Origin: Podospora anserina
Lineage: Eukaryota
Direction: 5' to 3'
Assembly: GCA_017654855.1 (NCBI GenBank)
Contig: CM030337.1
Coordinates: 3,162,001-3,226,000 of the forward strand
Length of the DNA stretch: 64,000 nt
Below, one piece after another: positions 1 to 12,646 of this stretch (its first letter is position 1; each line of letters opens with the position of its first letter). The translations under genes and the position numbers were made by a program. Under the pieces are notes generated by a model. That model searched no databases. It saw only the letters and a list, made by a program, of their open reading frames with translations, and was not told where the DNA came from.

Positions 1-2661
1 ACACGGACCCTGAGCAGCCGCAATTCGTGACAGCCAAGATTATTCCCATCACCAAGAATGAGTTTGGTGAGTATTACCATGGAGACAGGCTCATGGTTCA
101 GGAGTACTCCAGTGGCATGGTCTACCATCCTGATGACTACAAGGATGTGCCGCTCCGCACGGGCGGCGTGGAGAGGTCGTTTATGTACAAGGAGCATCCT
201 ATTGTAGGGACGCCAAAAAATGGTCAGGAGGGTGAGGAGGGGGGGTTGAATTGTCATTATCCGTACATGAAGAATTGGCAGCCGTGTTATGGGCCGGAGA
301 ACAGGACTTGTTGGTTGGAGGCTACGGATGGGAGTGGGAAGAGGATTGATATTGATACGGATTATGAGAATGCTTCTCTTGTGCCGTTTGGGAAGACGAG
401 ATATGTGAGTGCTAAATTTTCAACATGTATCGGGAAGGTGCTGACTGATGGTGATCATAGTACCACTTTGACATATCTGAGGAGCCGATATCTCCTGATG
501 GCATGACGATGGAGCATGGGAAGGTCTTTCAGAGGAGGTATCCCGGACCGTGGATTGGTAAGTTGTGTTCCAGAGATTGGAAGACGAATGTACTAACACA
601 TGGAACAGAGGCATGCTGGGGCGATACTATCGGTGAAAAGACACCATCACTCATTCAGAATCGACTCTAGCTAACCAGTACAGAGGTGACAATCAAGAAT
701 AACCTCCGATGGAACGGCACCTCGGTAAGCTCTTCTCCGTTTTAAGCCCAGGGCGGCCATTAACTCCTCACTCAGGTTCACTGGCATGGCATCCGCCAGT
801 GGGAGACATTCCAGTTTGACGGTGTCAATGGCATCACTGAATGCCCCATCGCACCAGGGGAGACCTTCACTTATCGGTTCCGGGCACTTCAGTACGGATC
901 AGCCTGGTATCACAGGTAAGTCTCCCACCACCTGTCCTATCCTTTGAGCAACCACTAACCATCACCAGCCATTACTCCCTCCAGTACGGAGACGGTCTTC
1001 TCGGCCCCATCACAATCTACGGCCCATCAACCGCCCAGTTTGGAGCTAACGAGGCATTCCGTCCCCTGCTTCTCTCCGACTGGAATCACCGCAGCGTCTT
1101 TGAGGACTGGCCTCTGATGATGTCAACCGGTGTCGCTCCTGAAATGACAAATATCCTGATCAATGGCACTGGCCAGTTTGGTTGGGGCCCCAAGCCAGAA
1201 AAGTACACCATCTGGCTTGACGAAGGACAGGCGCACATGTTGATCTTGGTCAATACCGCTGTTGATACCACCTTTGTTTTTTCTATTGACAACCACACCT
1301 TGGAGGTCATTGAGGCGGACTTTGTTCCCATCAAGCCGTACAACACGACACACATCAAGATTGGGATCGGCAAGTTCTTTTTGAGACTCACTAATGGCTG
1401 AAGGAGACTTACTAACACAACGGTAAAGGCCAGCGCTACCATGTTCTTGTCCATGGACACGAAAATGGGTACAAGACCGAGAGATACGGCAACTACTGGA
1501 TGAGAGCCACCCCTGCTCGAAAGTGCTCCAAGTTTGCGTTCGGTCCGGACGAGCAAATGGGCATTGTTCGGTACAACAGGACTATGCCGCCCAGGGGCTG
1601 GCAAGACCCTCTCTCGGAGCCGTCTCTGTACGATACCATGTGTGCGGATGAGCCCTATGACAAGTTGGTGCCCTGGAGGCCGTGGACAGTGGGCGATCCT
1701 GTCAATATCGGTACGTATACTTCTCTTCCATACAGTTCAACCTTCGCCTGGCTGACGTGGAACTAGATCCCAAGGTTGAAGACCCGTACACGCTCCCGAA
1801 CAACTCACAGTACATCTTCAACGTCGGTATGATCAGCTCTGGCGGACCTAACAGCTCCATGCCGTACATCCCAAACGACAAAGCATACGTCAGTCTCTTT
1901 CTTTCGCTTTCAATCCTCCAATCTCTAACCACCCCCCATAGACCCGCTGGATGATGCACGAAGCCCCCTTTCGCATCAATTTTTCCGACCCGACCCTCCT
2001 CGCCCTGGATCGCATCAATGAGCTCATCGACAAGCCCTACCTTGACGTGGTCACACTCCCCAATGCCACCGATGACCAATGGGTCTGGATGGTAATCACG
2101 GCCCCAGACAAGATCCCGCAGGAAGGTGGTAGAATCTTCTTCCCTGCTGCTCACCCCATGCACTTGCACGGTCACGACTTTGCCCTGCTGAGGCAGAGCA
2201 ACAAGAACTGGTATGATGACTTGGAGATTGGCCATGAAGGGGAGGGGAGGTGGTTCACGCCGGATAAGCTGAATTGCAGGAATGACAAGTTGAAGTGTGA
2301 TAACCCGCCTAGGAGGGATGTGGTGCTGTTGCCGGCGACGGGGTATGTGATTATTGCTTTCAAGGCGGACAATCCGGGGTGAGTCTTTCCCTGCCATAAC
2401 AACCCAGGGTCTGCTGTGTTTAACTGACTTGATGTGAACAGAATCTGGATTTTACATTGTCATATCGCCTTCCATGCCTCGTCCGGGTTGGCGATTCAGA
2501 TTATTGAGAACAAGGAGAGGATCCCCGAGATTTTGGGGAGGCACGGGGGCAGGGAGGCGATTGAGGAGAGCTGTGAGAGCTGGAGGGCGTGGCAGAGCAA
2601 TCCGATTAATCATTGGGATTGGCATCATCCTGACCATTTTCAGGATGATAGTGGTGTTTGA
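1..2661 (+). CDS. Multicopper oxidase / laccase (AA1), multi-exon, probably 5'-partial
   Basis: All four Cu-binding motifs present: HWHG (~779), WYH|SH split by an intron (~906-973), HPMHLHGH (~2152), HCHIAFH (~2455). Ends in the ascomycete laccase-type C-terminus DDSGV*. GT..AG introns with CTAAC-type branch points. Confidence 0.95.
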
Positions 2662-2859
2662 GTGGAGACTCATGAAGAGCTTATGTCCGGGTGGGATGTC
2701 AGGCACTAGGTAGGTAATGTGGATGATGAGGGCAAGTAACACGCATGGCTCAGCAGGTCTTAATGGGTTGTCTTTGTTTGACACACGACAAAACAAGCCG
2801 CACAAGTATGTAGCCTTTAGCACAAACCAACCACTCGTTTTTCGTCAAGTTGAACATCA

Positions 2860-4162
2860 TTATGCCGCCGGCGGTATCTCTGCGTCATCCCACAAGCTAG
2901 CCAACAGCTTCCTATCTCCCGTCCATGGCTCCCTCGCATGCTGCACGGCGTAATTCTATTCTCATGTCAGCCCACTTTCCACCAAAGCCCTCTTCCAAGA
3001 AAGATACCCACATCAATCAACACCACATCCCCCCTCTCCCATCTAACCATCGCCCGACTCCTCTGTATAAACTCCACCGCCGAATCGAGATATTCCCTAG
3101 GAATCTCACTCCCATCGCCATACTATTATCCATTAGCTGCACCCCCTTTTTCATCCCCTGCCAAAACTTACAAAACAAGGCGGAATATACTCCCCCCTCC
3201 CATTCCTATACGGATGTTCCAACGTCCCCTCCCTTATCGCGTTCAAAAACCTCGAAACGCAATTATTAAAAAACATCTCCTCCCCTGTGTGCGGATGGGT
3301 CCTTATCCCGGGTAGCACCTGCCACACTCTCAGGTCTCCGAGTTGGTTGTCAGGGGAAATATTCTCCCATTCCCATTTTGCTGTCGGTAGGCGGCGGATC
3401 TCGGCTTCGACTTTTGAGCGGATGATGTCAATGGGGTCGGTGTCGAGGACAGTTCGGCCGAAGGCTTGGAGGGGGGTTGTGCCCGGGGAGTTTGTGGGTT
3501 GGTGGGAGGGGTGGAAGAGTTGGTATTTCAGGCCGAGACGGCGGAGGGAAGAGATGAATTCGGGGCGGTGGGTTGCGAGGTGGGCGAGGAGGGGGGAGGA
3601 GGGGTTGAGGGGGGTTTCGCCTCCTGGTAGATACAGGTCAGCTGGGGGACAACGGGAGGAGGGATGGATAGGGGTTAAAAAGGGGGAGGGGTGTTGGTGG
3701 GGAGAGGTTGGGTAGAAACAAACCAGTCTCTGGGGCCTCAGCACAGTAGAAGAATACATAAGAGGGAAAGTGTGGGCTTAGTCCAAACTCGTTGTGAGGA
3801 AAAATTGGCATGGTTTTTGGGCCTTCGTTTGCTGTTGCTACGTTCGGAGCGAGAACTGTTCGGCGGACTGGGTTGCCAATGTCTTCGTGCGGTGCGAAGC
3901 CAAAGGCGTGGGCGAATTGGGAGAACTCATCTGCGGATTTGAGGTGGAGGTTTTGGAAGTACACTGCGCCGTGTTTGTTCAGCAACGACCTGATTTCACC
4001 AGAGGCTGTGAGCTTCTTGATTTCGGAAACAACATCGTCTATTGAAGAGGTTTGGTCTGTTCTGCTGAGCGAATAGGGGAACTGTGAAGATGGTGGGTAG
4101 GGAGCAGGGAGATCAGCTGATGGCTCGTAGTGAGCTGGTCGAAGGATATCAACGGTTGCCAT
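2860..4162 (-). CDS. TauD/TfdA (clavaminate synthase-like) Fe(II)/2-oxoglutarate dioxygenase
   Basis: HNE iron-binding motif, YVFFYC..P..GGETP, FFN, WERGDVVLID|NYAVQHAR..W.G.RKLLASLW. Three introns (~3637-3724, 3123-3171, ~2956-3011); stop at 2860-2862. Confidence 0.9.
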
Positions 4163-4909
4163 CTTGAGTTATGTCTCAAACTGAAGTCAAAACAAGCTGT
4201 GGCGTTCTTGGGGCTGCATTGGCAAACGTTGTGACGAGGTGGTGGTGGCAGTCACATCGTAACCCATGCGCCCACAACTTCCCCGGATCCTTTTAACATG
4301 GAAGTTTTTCATAATTTCATGAATGCCAACCCCCATATCCTTTTGCGTGATCGCGTCCAAAAAAGTGTCAACAGCACCGGTGTTTGTAGTGTGGTGATCA
4401 AGACGCAAGTCGATGGCGCAACGGCATCCCTGTAAGCACGACTCTCCTCCAGCGACTCCACTTCACTGCATCTTGTTCGTCCACCACGTCTCTCGCCGGA
4501 GGAGGGTAGCTATTCCCGGACTGACTACCGGGTGGGTTGCAGTGATAAAACCAGTCCCATTGAGACCTACCGGCCTGTTGGTACCAAGTTCATCATCAAC
4601 ACACCTCATCACGACATCCTGTCAAGAGGGCGACTATGCCAGTTCTGCTCGATAAACCCCCAAACCCCCCATTAACCCCCACATGGCCAAGTGAAATTTT
4701 GATAGGGAAACCAGGTAGCGGGAGACGGTGATCACTTGCCGCTGCAGTCGAGCTGCCAGATCCAGACGGTTGGATTGCAGATTCTGCGCGTGGCAAGATG
4801 CATAAAGACGGGGTGTCGCTCGCTGGTCGGGGTTGAATCTGTATCCTCTCACTCATCGTCAAGAGCTGTTTCTTCTGGGTTCAAACACTCAGACAGAATC
4901 TCAGTCAAG

Positions 4910-6431
4910 ATGTCCACCGCCGAGCAGGACCAAAAAGTTATCAACGATGGGGCCGTGATCGAGTCCCAAGGCGAGCAGACGAAGCCTGTTTCGTGGTTCA
5001 CGAGATGGTATCGCAGTCCTCTGTTCAACGTCATCATTGTCGGTCTCATCTCTTTTACCCAACCCGGTATTTGGAGTGCCTTGAACAACACAGGTGCTGG
5101 CGGTCAGCAAGAACCCTACCTTGTCAACGCCTCCAACTCTCTGACTTTCGGGTATGTCCCCTGTTCCACCTCCCCTCACCCCTTGACCAACTTGCTAACC
5201 TCCCCACAGTATCATGGTCTTCGGCTGCCCCCTCTTCGGAATCCTCGCCAACAAATTCGGCGTCAAAAAGGTCCTCATCATCGGTACCCTCGGTTACGCC
5301 CCCTACTCGGCCTCGCTCTACGTCAACAACCGCTACGGCACGGAATGGTTCGTCCTCTTCGGCGGCGTAACCTGCGGCATCGCCGCCTCTGCCCTCTGGG
5401 CTTCGGAAGGCGCCATCGCCCTCGGCTACGGCGACATCAAAGACCGGGGCAAGTTCACCGGCATCTGGCTCGGCCTCCGCGAACTCGGCCAGCTCATCGG
5501 CTCCTCCATCCAAATGTCTCTCAACGCGGGCAAAGACTCGTCCACAAGAGGCAAAGTAGGATACACCACCTACCTCGTCCTCATCGCCCTCCAATGCCTC
5601 GGTCTCCCATTATCTTTCCTGTTATCCCCACCCCAAAAGGTCATCCGAAGCGACGGGACATCCCCAAGAGACCCAACCATAGGCAAGACCTTCCGGGAAG
5701 AAGCCCGCAAGATCTGGGCGTTGATGAAGCGCAAGCAAATGTACCTTCTCATCCCCATCCTCGTCGGCTTCCAATGGAACACGACCTACCTCGGGATCTA
5801 CATGACGAAATACTTCTCCGTCCGCGCCCGCGCCCTCGGCTCTCTCACCGCCGGCATCGCCGCCACATTCGCCAACATCTTTTGGGGGTGGTTCTACGAC
5901 CTGAAATGCTTCTCCCGTCCAACCCTCGCCAAGATCTGCTGGGCTTCCTTTGTTGTTCTCATGCTTGGGTCATTCGGCTGGCAGGTCTCCAACGAGAAGT
6001 TATACGGCGACTCCAACCCCCGCATCACCCTCGACTGGGACCTCCCCGGGTTCGGGAGGGGTTTCGCCAGCATGGTCATGCTCCGGTTCTTGAACGAGAG
6101 CCACTACATGTTTGTGTACTGGATCGTGGGGGCCTTCTTTGACGACATCGAGACTCTGACGCTGGCGGTGAGCATTGTCCGGACGTTTGAGAGTGTGGGG
6201 TCTTGCATTTCGTTTGGTATCGGTGCTGCTAAGGTGCCGCCTATGGTCAACCTCGTCATCTCGTTTGCCATGTTTGGGTTCACCATTCCGGCGACGTCGG
6301 CGGTGGTGTTTATGGTGCCGGAGAGGCCGATTGACTTGCGCAAGGTTGAGGCTGGTGGGATTTCGGAGGGTGAGACTGGCAGTGTGGGTGCGAGTGAGGA
6401 TTCTGATGAGAAGAGGGCTGTCAAGGCTTGA
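4910..6431 (+). CDS. UNC-93-like (DUF895) MFS-type membrane transporter
   Basis: FTQPGIWSALNNTGAGG, GTLGYAPYSASLY and ALWASEGAI motifs; many hydrophobic segments; one intron ~5152-5209. Confidence 0.88.
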
Positions 6432-6634
6432 GCAAAATGAGTAGATGATGTGTATGATGATGTTGGGGCGGATCTCCAAATATGAGAGATGATAATGATG
6501 AGCAACTGTTGCGCATAGATAGTCATAGATACCCAGGCTTTTGAGGCCTCGTTAGCAAAAGTAATAACGCCAATAGCAACTGATGAAGGATGCAAAAATT
6601 TCCATGTTCCATAGGAGGGAAAGGCCAAAAGATG

Positions 6635-6738
6635 CACCCGACGTGGGACTCGAACCCACAGCCTTAAGATGTCAATCACCTCTGAAGATCCAGAGGAATT
6701 GTTAGAAGTCTTACGCGCTACCATTGCGCTAGCCGGGC
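6635..6738 (-). tRNA. tRNA-Arg(UCU) with ~32-nt intron
   Basis: Reverse strand reads GCCCGGC-TAGCGCAATGGTAGCGCG-TAAGA CT TCT A [intron] A TCTTA-AGGCT-GTGGG TTCGAGT CCCAC-GTCGGGT-G. Acceptor, D, anticodon and T arms all pair; a T-run follows downstream. Confidence 0.93.
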
Positions 6739-7307
6739 TTGGTTAGTTGTTAGAAATTGGCCACGAAACAGGGTCCAAGTAGGAGTCGAGATAAAAGAAA
6801 ATGTGGTTGTCAACGAATGCTGACAACACATCAGATGATTACTGAAAGAATAACAGGCTGACTTGGACTGGAAAGGTACCACCACATGGAACTGATCTGC
6901 GTTGTGGTGCCCCCTTCAGAGAATGCGCTGCGGCCCGATGACCTGTCAGCCGCAGCAAAGCGCGGGTGACCATGCCCGCACGCCGAGTTCGGGACCGGCA
7001 TTGGAGAAATGGGTGCTAAAAATTAGCGGACATCCCGCTGTCTGGGCGGCCAGCGCAGCGCCGGGACAACGGCTCGGGAGCGCACGGGAGCACATCATTT
7101 GTCCAAACCGCCAGTTGACTCAAATATCGCGTTCTGACCACCTCAGTCAAACTCCGCCACGAAGTCTGTGAAACAACCGCATCTCCACGTCCGAGTCATA
7201 TCTATTTGCTCTTTTAAAAGGCCATGCCACTGCCATAGCCCGGCGCATCAACCGTCGTCTCTCCCGTCGCTTCTCAACATCCCCGAGCCTACCTTCCTAC
7301 CAGCGAC

Positions 7308-8174
7308 ATGGCAGTGTGCGCCGCCGTCAGAACAGCCTTCTGCAGGCAGATCCAGAACCTCGAAAAGTTCCGACAACGCCGACCACACTCCTCGAAAGTC
7401 AATGGAGCGAAACCAATTCAGAGCGCGCAGCAACAAGCTCCGATCACACCGCCCGCGAAGATCCAACCTCCGCCTCTCTTGCTCAGGCTCGGGCCGTTGA
7501 CGAGAGCAGCTCAGGCGTACGGACGAACGCACCAGAAGCGCCCATATACGACACAGATATTGACCTCGCTGTTTATCTTCCTGTGTGGCGACATCTCGGC
7601 GCAAAGCATTGGTGGAGACGAACATGACTTCGGGCGGACGGCGCGAGCGCTATTCATCGGTGGAACATCGTCGGTGCCATCATATCTTTGGTAGGCAATG
7701 TTTCGGGGGTTTGCGCTCGATCGTGGGTTGGCTAACGTTGTCGCGCATAGGGTGGTTTACCTGTCGAACAGCTTCAACTTTGCGTCGCGAGCTCTCTCGA
7801 TAGCAGCGAGAGTTGTCGTTAACCAAATCGTGTTTGCGCCACTGTTCAATACGTACTTCTTTGGCACACAGGCTGTGTTGTCTGGGGCGTCGCCTTCCGA
7901 GATCTGGGAGCGCCTTGTGAAGACTGTCCCACCGAGCATCGCGAATTCCGTCAAGCTATGGCCGGCTGTTATGGCCATCAACTTCGCCTTCGTACCTCTG
8001 CCATTCCGCTCCATGTTCAGCGGGACTGTGGCGGTGGGCTGGCAAACGTATCTGAGCTGGCTGAACAAGAAGGCCGAGGAGAGCATCGCGGCGGAAGCAG
8101 AAGCAGCAGCAGTAGCAACAGTGGGGAAAGTAGAAGAGGTTGCTGCGTCGGCTATGGCCAAAGCCGCGGCGTGA
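7308..8174 (+). CDS. Mpv17/PMP22 family (SYM1-like) organellar membrane protein
   Basis: RPYTTQILTS..IFLCGDISAQ, DFGRTAR, NQIVFAP, LWPAVMAINFAFVP, WQTYLSWLN. Intron 7691-7750; basic N-terminal presequence-like region. Confidence 0.9.
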
Positions 8175-8549
8175 AAAGGAAACAAGACGGAATATTCATG
8201 ATAGATTATAGAGTTAGATAATATCCAATAGCACAAGCAAGGCGTTAGGTGGTTTGTTCAAGAGCAGAAGCTCAAGCTTTGATGGATCGGACGATTTGCT
8301 CGAGGGGACAGTGCGGGGTGCCTTGCATCGAGCATGTGGCAGCGGCTGCGCACGGTCCAGACGATCATCTCACACTGTGCCACCCTTGGCTGGCCCCTGC
8401 AAGCGCCAGGAACCAAGCCGACACCACGGTAAAGCTCCAAAAATACTGAGCCCAAGAAAACATCGTCATCATCCTCACCAAACTCTCCCACACCACGACT
8501 TCTCTCAGAAGCCATTGAGCGCTGGCCCGGCTCAGCTCTGCGTTCAACC

Positions 8550-9998
8550 ATGGCTAGCCCCTTTCTCCGAACGAGGCATACCCTCTCCTCTACCCTCCGA
8601 CCCCTTGCACGGAATCCCACCCCGAGAATCAACCATGCCGTCCCTCGTCGCCCCGCCTCGACTGCTTCCTCCTCCTCCGGTGGCTCCAGCGCAAAGACAG
8701 TAGCTATCAGCACCGCCCTCGGTACTGCCGCCGTTCTCGGATACTACTACGCAACCGACACTCGTGCCTCCTTCCACAAATACCTCGTTCCCCGCGTCAT
8801 CCGCGTTCTCTTCCCCGACGCCGAAGACGCCCACCACGCCGGCACCGCTGCCCTCAAAGCCCTCTACTCCGTTGGTCTCCACCCCCGCGAGCGCGTTCAA
8901 GATGGCGACGCCACCGGTGCCAAACCCTTGGCTGTCAACGTCTTTGGCGTCGAGCTGTCCAACCCAATCGGCATCTCCGCTGGTCTTGACAAGGACGCTG
9001 AAATTCCCGACCCTCTGTTTGCTCTCGGCGCCGGTGTTGTCGAGGTAGGCGGCATCACGCCCCTTCCGCAAGAAGGAAACCCCAAGCCAAGAGTTTTCAG
9101 AGTTGTGTCTACCGATGGGTTGATCAACAGATATGGTCTAAACTCCAAGGGTGCTGACGCCGTGGCTGCGCACCTGAGGGAAAGACTACGGACATTTGCC
9201 CGGAGCATTGGTTTCACGGAAAAGGAGATGCTTGACGGGGAGGCGGGAGTTCCGGTGGGCAGCTTGAAGGATGGGCGCTTGCTGTGCGTGCAGATTGCCA
9301 AGAACAAGAAGACAGATGAGAAGGATGTGGAGGCTGTGAAGAAGGATTATGTCACTTGTGTCAACAGGCTGGCACCATACGCCGATGTGCTGGTTGTCAA
9401 TGTCAGCAGTCCCAACACTCCTGGCCTGAGAGATTTGCAGGCTACCGGCCCATTGACTGCGCTGCTGAGCGCCGTCGTGGAGGAGGCGCAAAAGACCAAG
9501 AGAAAGGTCAAGCCCAGAGTCATGGTCAAGGTCAGCCCGGATGAGGATGACGACAGCCAGATGGAGGGTGTGGTGCAGGCTGTGTGGATGAGCGGAGTGG
9601 ACGGTGTTATTGTGGGCAACACAACCAAGAAGAGGACGGGGCTCGTGCCAAAGGGCGTGAGATTGACCAGCCAGGAGCAGAAGAACATCATGGAGGATGG
9701 TGGCTACTCGGGTCCAGCGCTGTTCAATCAGACGCTCAACTTGGTTGGAAGATACAGAAAGATGCTGGACAGCTATTCGCTCAAGACCGAGGGCCTCGGG
9801 GATGCGTTCAACAAGAACCAAAAGGTCATCTTCGCGACGGGTGGTATCACAAATGGCGACGAAGCTCTCAAGGTTCTCAATGCTGGAGCCAGCGTTGCCA
9901 TGGTTTACACCGGGATGGTCTATGGTGGGTCCGGCACTATCACGCGGATAAAGAATGAGATGCGGGAGAAGTTGGCTATCGAGGACAAGAAGCAGTGA
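8550..9998 (+). CDS. URA9: Dihydroorotate dehydrogenase (quinone), class 2, mitochondrial
   Basis: NPIGISAGLDK, PQEGNPKPRVFR, INRYGLNS, VNVSSPNTPGLR, VKVSPD, GGYSG; N-terminal presequence and transmembrane anchor. Confidence 0.97.
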   Translation: MASPFLRTRHTLSSTLRPLARNPTPRINHAVPRRPASTASSSSGGSSAKTVAISTALGTAAVLGYYYATDTRASFHKYLVPRVIRVLFPDAEDAHHAGTAALKALYSVGLHPRERVQDGDATGAKPLAVNVFGVELSNPIGISAGLDKDAEIPDPLFALGAGVVEVGGITPLPQEGNPKPRVFRVVSTDGLINRYGLNSKGADAVAAHLRERLRTFARSIGFTEKEMLDGEAGVPVGSLKDGRLLCVQIAKNKKTDEKDVEAVKKDYVTCVNRLAPYADVLVVNVSSPNTPGLRDLQATGPLTALLSAVVEEAQKTKRKVKPRVMVKVSPDEDDDSQMEGVVQAVWMSGVDGVIVGNTTKKRTGLVPKGVRLTSQEQKNIMEDGGYSGPALFNQTLNLVGRYRKMLDSYSLKTEGLGDAFNKNQKVIFATGGITNGDEALKVLNAGASVAMVYTGMVYGGSGTITRIKNEMREKLAIEDKKQ

Positions 9999-10916
9999 GG
10001 AAGAGACGTGAAGGCTGAGTGTAGGTGTAGGATTGTATATATGCATATTGAACGGCCCTTTTGACCGAGCATTTAGCAAAAAGCGAGATAGAAGCGAATG
10101 TTTATACCCCAAACCACTTCGTCCGCCTCCGACCGAACATCACAAGTGTCATCAAGTGGGTTACAAGCTGAATGTATGCTTGGGGCGGACTCACCGAGGA
10201 GGGTTGCATGGAGTCTTTACAGTTTGTTTTTGGGTCAACCAACCCGATCGCTTCCAAGTTATCCGATCCAGCGGGCTTGGCACGCATAAAAATGTCACCC
10301 CCTGACCATGGAAGCGCCAGACTTTGTTCCTCCAAGCTTCGATTCCAAAACTAACGAATCGAATTTTCTACGCCATGCCTCACAACCGTCGGTCCAGGCC
10401 GGTTTTTCCTTCTGGAAATCATCATCCGGCCTGTGGTTTGCCTGTAGCTTGGTGGAACAGTTACCTTGGGGGTTCGATTCTAGGGAGAATGGGGGTTAGG
10501 GGGGCCGCTGCCATACTTGTCGGCGACGCCAGGGGCGCCAATCACAGCGCTCCCCCAACGGCACGGGTTGGTGCAGAATGTGCAGGGGGGTTTGTTCATC
10601 AATCGGAAGTTGAGGAATGTCTGTGTGCTCTTTGTGTCACAGTGTGTCAGATGAAGTGCGTGCCTGAACATCAGCGCCGTTGGACCAAATAGTTTGGGTG
10701 TTGTGGAATGTTGCGGCACGGCTTTTTTTTTATTTTTATTTTTTTACTTCAACTGCCGTTCTCCCGGTTTTTTTTGTCGCTGTTGATGTTGTTTTGTTCA
10801 ATCCTCTTGGATTATTGTCTGGGCGGTGATTTTTGGATGACCTAATAATACCCCAAGCCTTCCAATCATACGATACCCGTCCGTCCAGCTTTGGTAGGCT
10901 GTACCAGCCCAGAAAA

Positions 10917-12494
10917 ATGAAATCCATCCTCCCTCGTCCTACAACAACAACCACGAAGACCGACGACGAACTGATCTCTGACAACTGGGGACTCTCGGAT
11001 GAGGAGGATCATCTCAAAATGAGCGCTACACCAACAGCAAAGGTTTTTTGGCAACTTACACATTCCAATTCACCAACTTCTGGTCTCGCCAACAAGAGAG
11101 CCAAGCGCAGGAGAGCTCGCTCGACGGGTTGCTTCGGCATACCGTTTGATCTGCTCGCCTTCCTCCGCAGCATGTCCGTCTTTCAACTGGACCCAAACCA
11201 AAACAACAACACCACCAAAAGGATTCAGTCATCATCATCACCACCACATTTTGAGTCTGAGAAGGTCGGGGAGGTAAGGAAATCGGCGACATGGCCACTT
11301 ATCCACTCGGCAAAATCACAGGCTGCCCGGGAGGCACGCATGGCAGCGAAGCGCTCAGCGGCCATCGACCGGCAACTTGAACAAGACCGGGAAGCCTTGT
11401 GTCGGACGGCTCAAGTCATGGTTACCGGTTGCGGCCCGACAAGATGCGAGGGAAAGACGTTGCTTTTTGACCAAATGAGAAAATGCAGCTCACCAGGATC
11501 CTCCGACCAGCAACCAACAGGGGATCCAGCCACCCAAGTGAGAACCGCGGCCATAAAAGAGATGAAACGAATCCTCTATGAAATCCACGCCCAGGGAACA
11601 CACTACCATCAACAACCCAACCAACAAATCCCACCACCCCTATCAAACCTCCTCCAAACAGCCATCACCCTCCACGATTTACCCCTCGACGAACCCCCCC
11701 AAGTCAACCCAGAGACCCTCGCCTTTATCAACCAAACCACCACCTTGTGGTCTGACCCCCTCTGGACAAACCTCTGCCACACCACTCTCGGCCGCTCCCG
11801 CCCATTCATCACCCTCCTCCTCTCGCTATTATCCCGCTCTTTTACCCCATCATACACCCCCACACCAACGGACCTCTCCCACATCAAGCACTTCTCCTCC
11901 TCTGCCCCCCGATCCCTCCACCGCGAATCCCTCACCCCCTTCCCATCCACCTCCTCCCTCGAATTCGATCTCATCGACCGCGACAATACATCCTGCTGCT
12001 CCTTCCTCCGCCGCAAAATCTTTAATTTCCTCTCCGCCAACCTCTCCATCCTCATGCTAGTCGACTTGGCGTCTTACTCTCAAACCCTAGAGGAAGATAA
12101 CAACGTCAATTACCTCAGCGAGACGCTCCGGTCCTTTGAGGGGTTGGTTAACAACAAAATGTTTGCGCAAAACGCCCGCGGGGCGATGATGTTGCTTTTG
12201 TGGAATAGTGAAGGTTTGGAAAGACAGTTGGATGAAAGGCCGTTGGGGGGGTATTTTCCTGACTTTAGGGGGAGAAGGGGGGAGGAGAGGGGTTGGATTA
12301 GGAAGGAGTTTGAAAAGGTTGTTAAGAGGGGTAAGTATGGGAGGGATGTGAGGATTCGGGTTGGGGAGCCGGGGGAGGAGGGGACGGTGAGGTGGGTTGT
12401 TGGGGCGGTGAAGACGGGGTTGTTGGATCAGGGGTTGTGTGAGATGGGGTTGGGGAGGGAGGGGGAGGGGAGTGGGTGGTGTCGGAGGGTGTAG
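10917..12494 (+). CDS. Atypical, degenerate heterotrimeric G-protein alpha-like protein
   Basis: G-alpha landmarks in order: SAAIDRQLEQD, G1-like TGCGPTRCEGKTLLFDQMR, YTPTPTDL, VDLASYSQTLEEDNNVNYLSETLRSFEGLVNNKMF, PLGGYFPDFRG. Nucleotide-binding boxes are degenerate; start codon uncertain. Confidence 0.75.
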   Translation: MKSILPRPTTTTTKTDDELISDNWGLSDEEDHLKMSATPTAKVFWQLTHSNSPTSGLANKRAKRRRARSTGCFGIPFDLLAFLRSMSVFQLDPNQNNNTTKRIQSSSSPPHFESEKVGEVRKSATWPLIHSAKSQAAREARMAAKRSAAIDRQLEQDREALCRTAQVMVTGCGPTRCEGKTLLFDQMRKCSSPGSSDQQPTGDPATQVRTAAIKEMKRILYEIHAQGTHYHQQPNQQIPPPLSNLLQTAITLHDLPLDEPPQVNPETLAFINQTTTLWSDPLWTNLCHTTLGRSRPFITLLLSLLSRSFTPSYTPTPTDLSHIKHFSSSAPRSLHRESLTPFPSTSSLEFDLIDRDNTSCCSFLRRKIFNFLSANLSILMLVDLASYSQTLEEDNNVNYLSETLRSFEGLVNNKMFAQNARGAMMLLLWNSEGLERQLDERPLGGYFPDFRGRRGEERGWIRKEFEKVVKRGKYGRDVRIRVGEPGEEGTVRWVVGAVKTGLLDQGLCEMGLGREGEGSGWCRRV

Positions 12495-12646
12495 ATGGAA
12501 ATCAAGGGGGGAGGGAGGATGTAATGATGATATGACGTGACGATATGGGTAATGGTTCGGGTATTTTGGTTATATAAAAAGAGAATTCTGTTTTGGTTGC
12601 CCCCCTATCTCTTCGTATCCAAAACAAATTTGAGGTCCTGGCAGGT

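Noticed and set aside
4736-6142. 468-aa Arg/Pro-rich ORF
   Set aside because: Artefact of reading through the transporter intron into the wrong frame.
6832-6899. Possible box C/D snoRNA (ATGATTA...CTGA with a short terminal stem)
   Set aside because: Imperfect box C and no convincing rRNA-complementary guide next to a D box; a covariance-model search would be needed.
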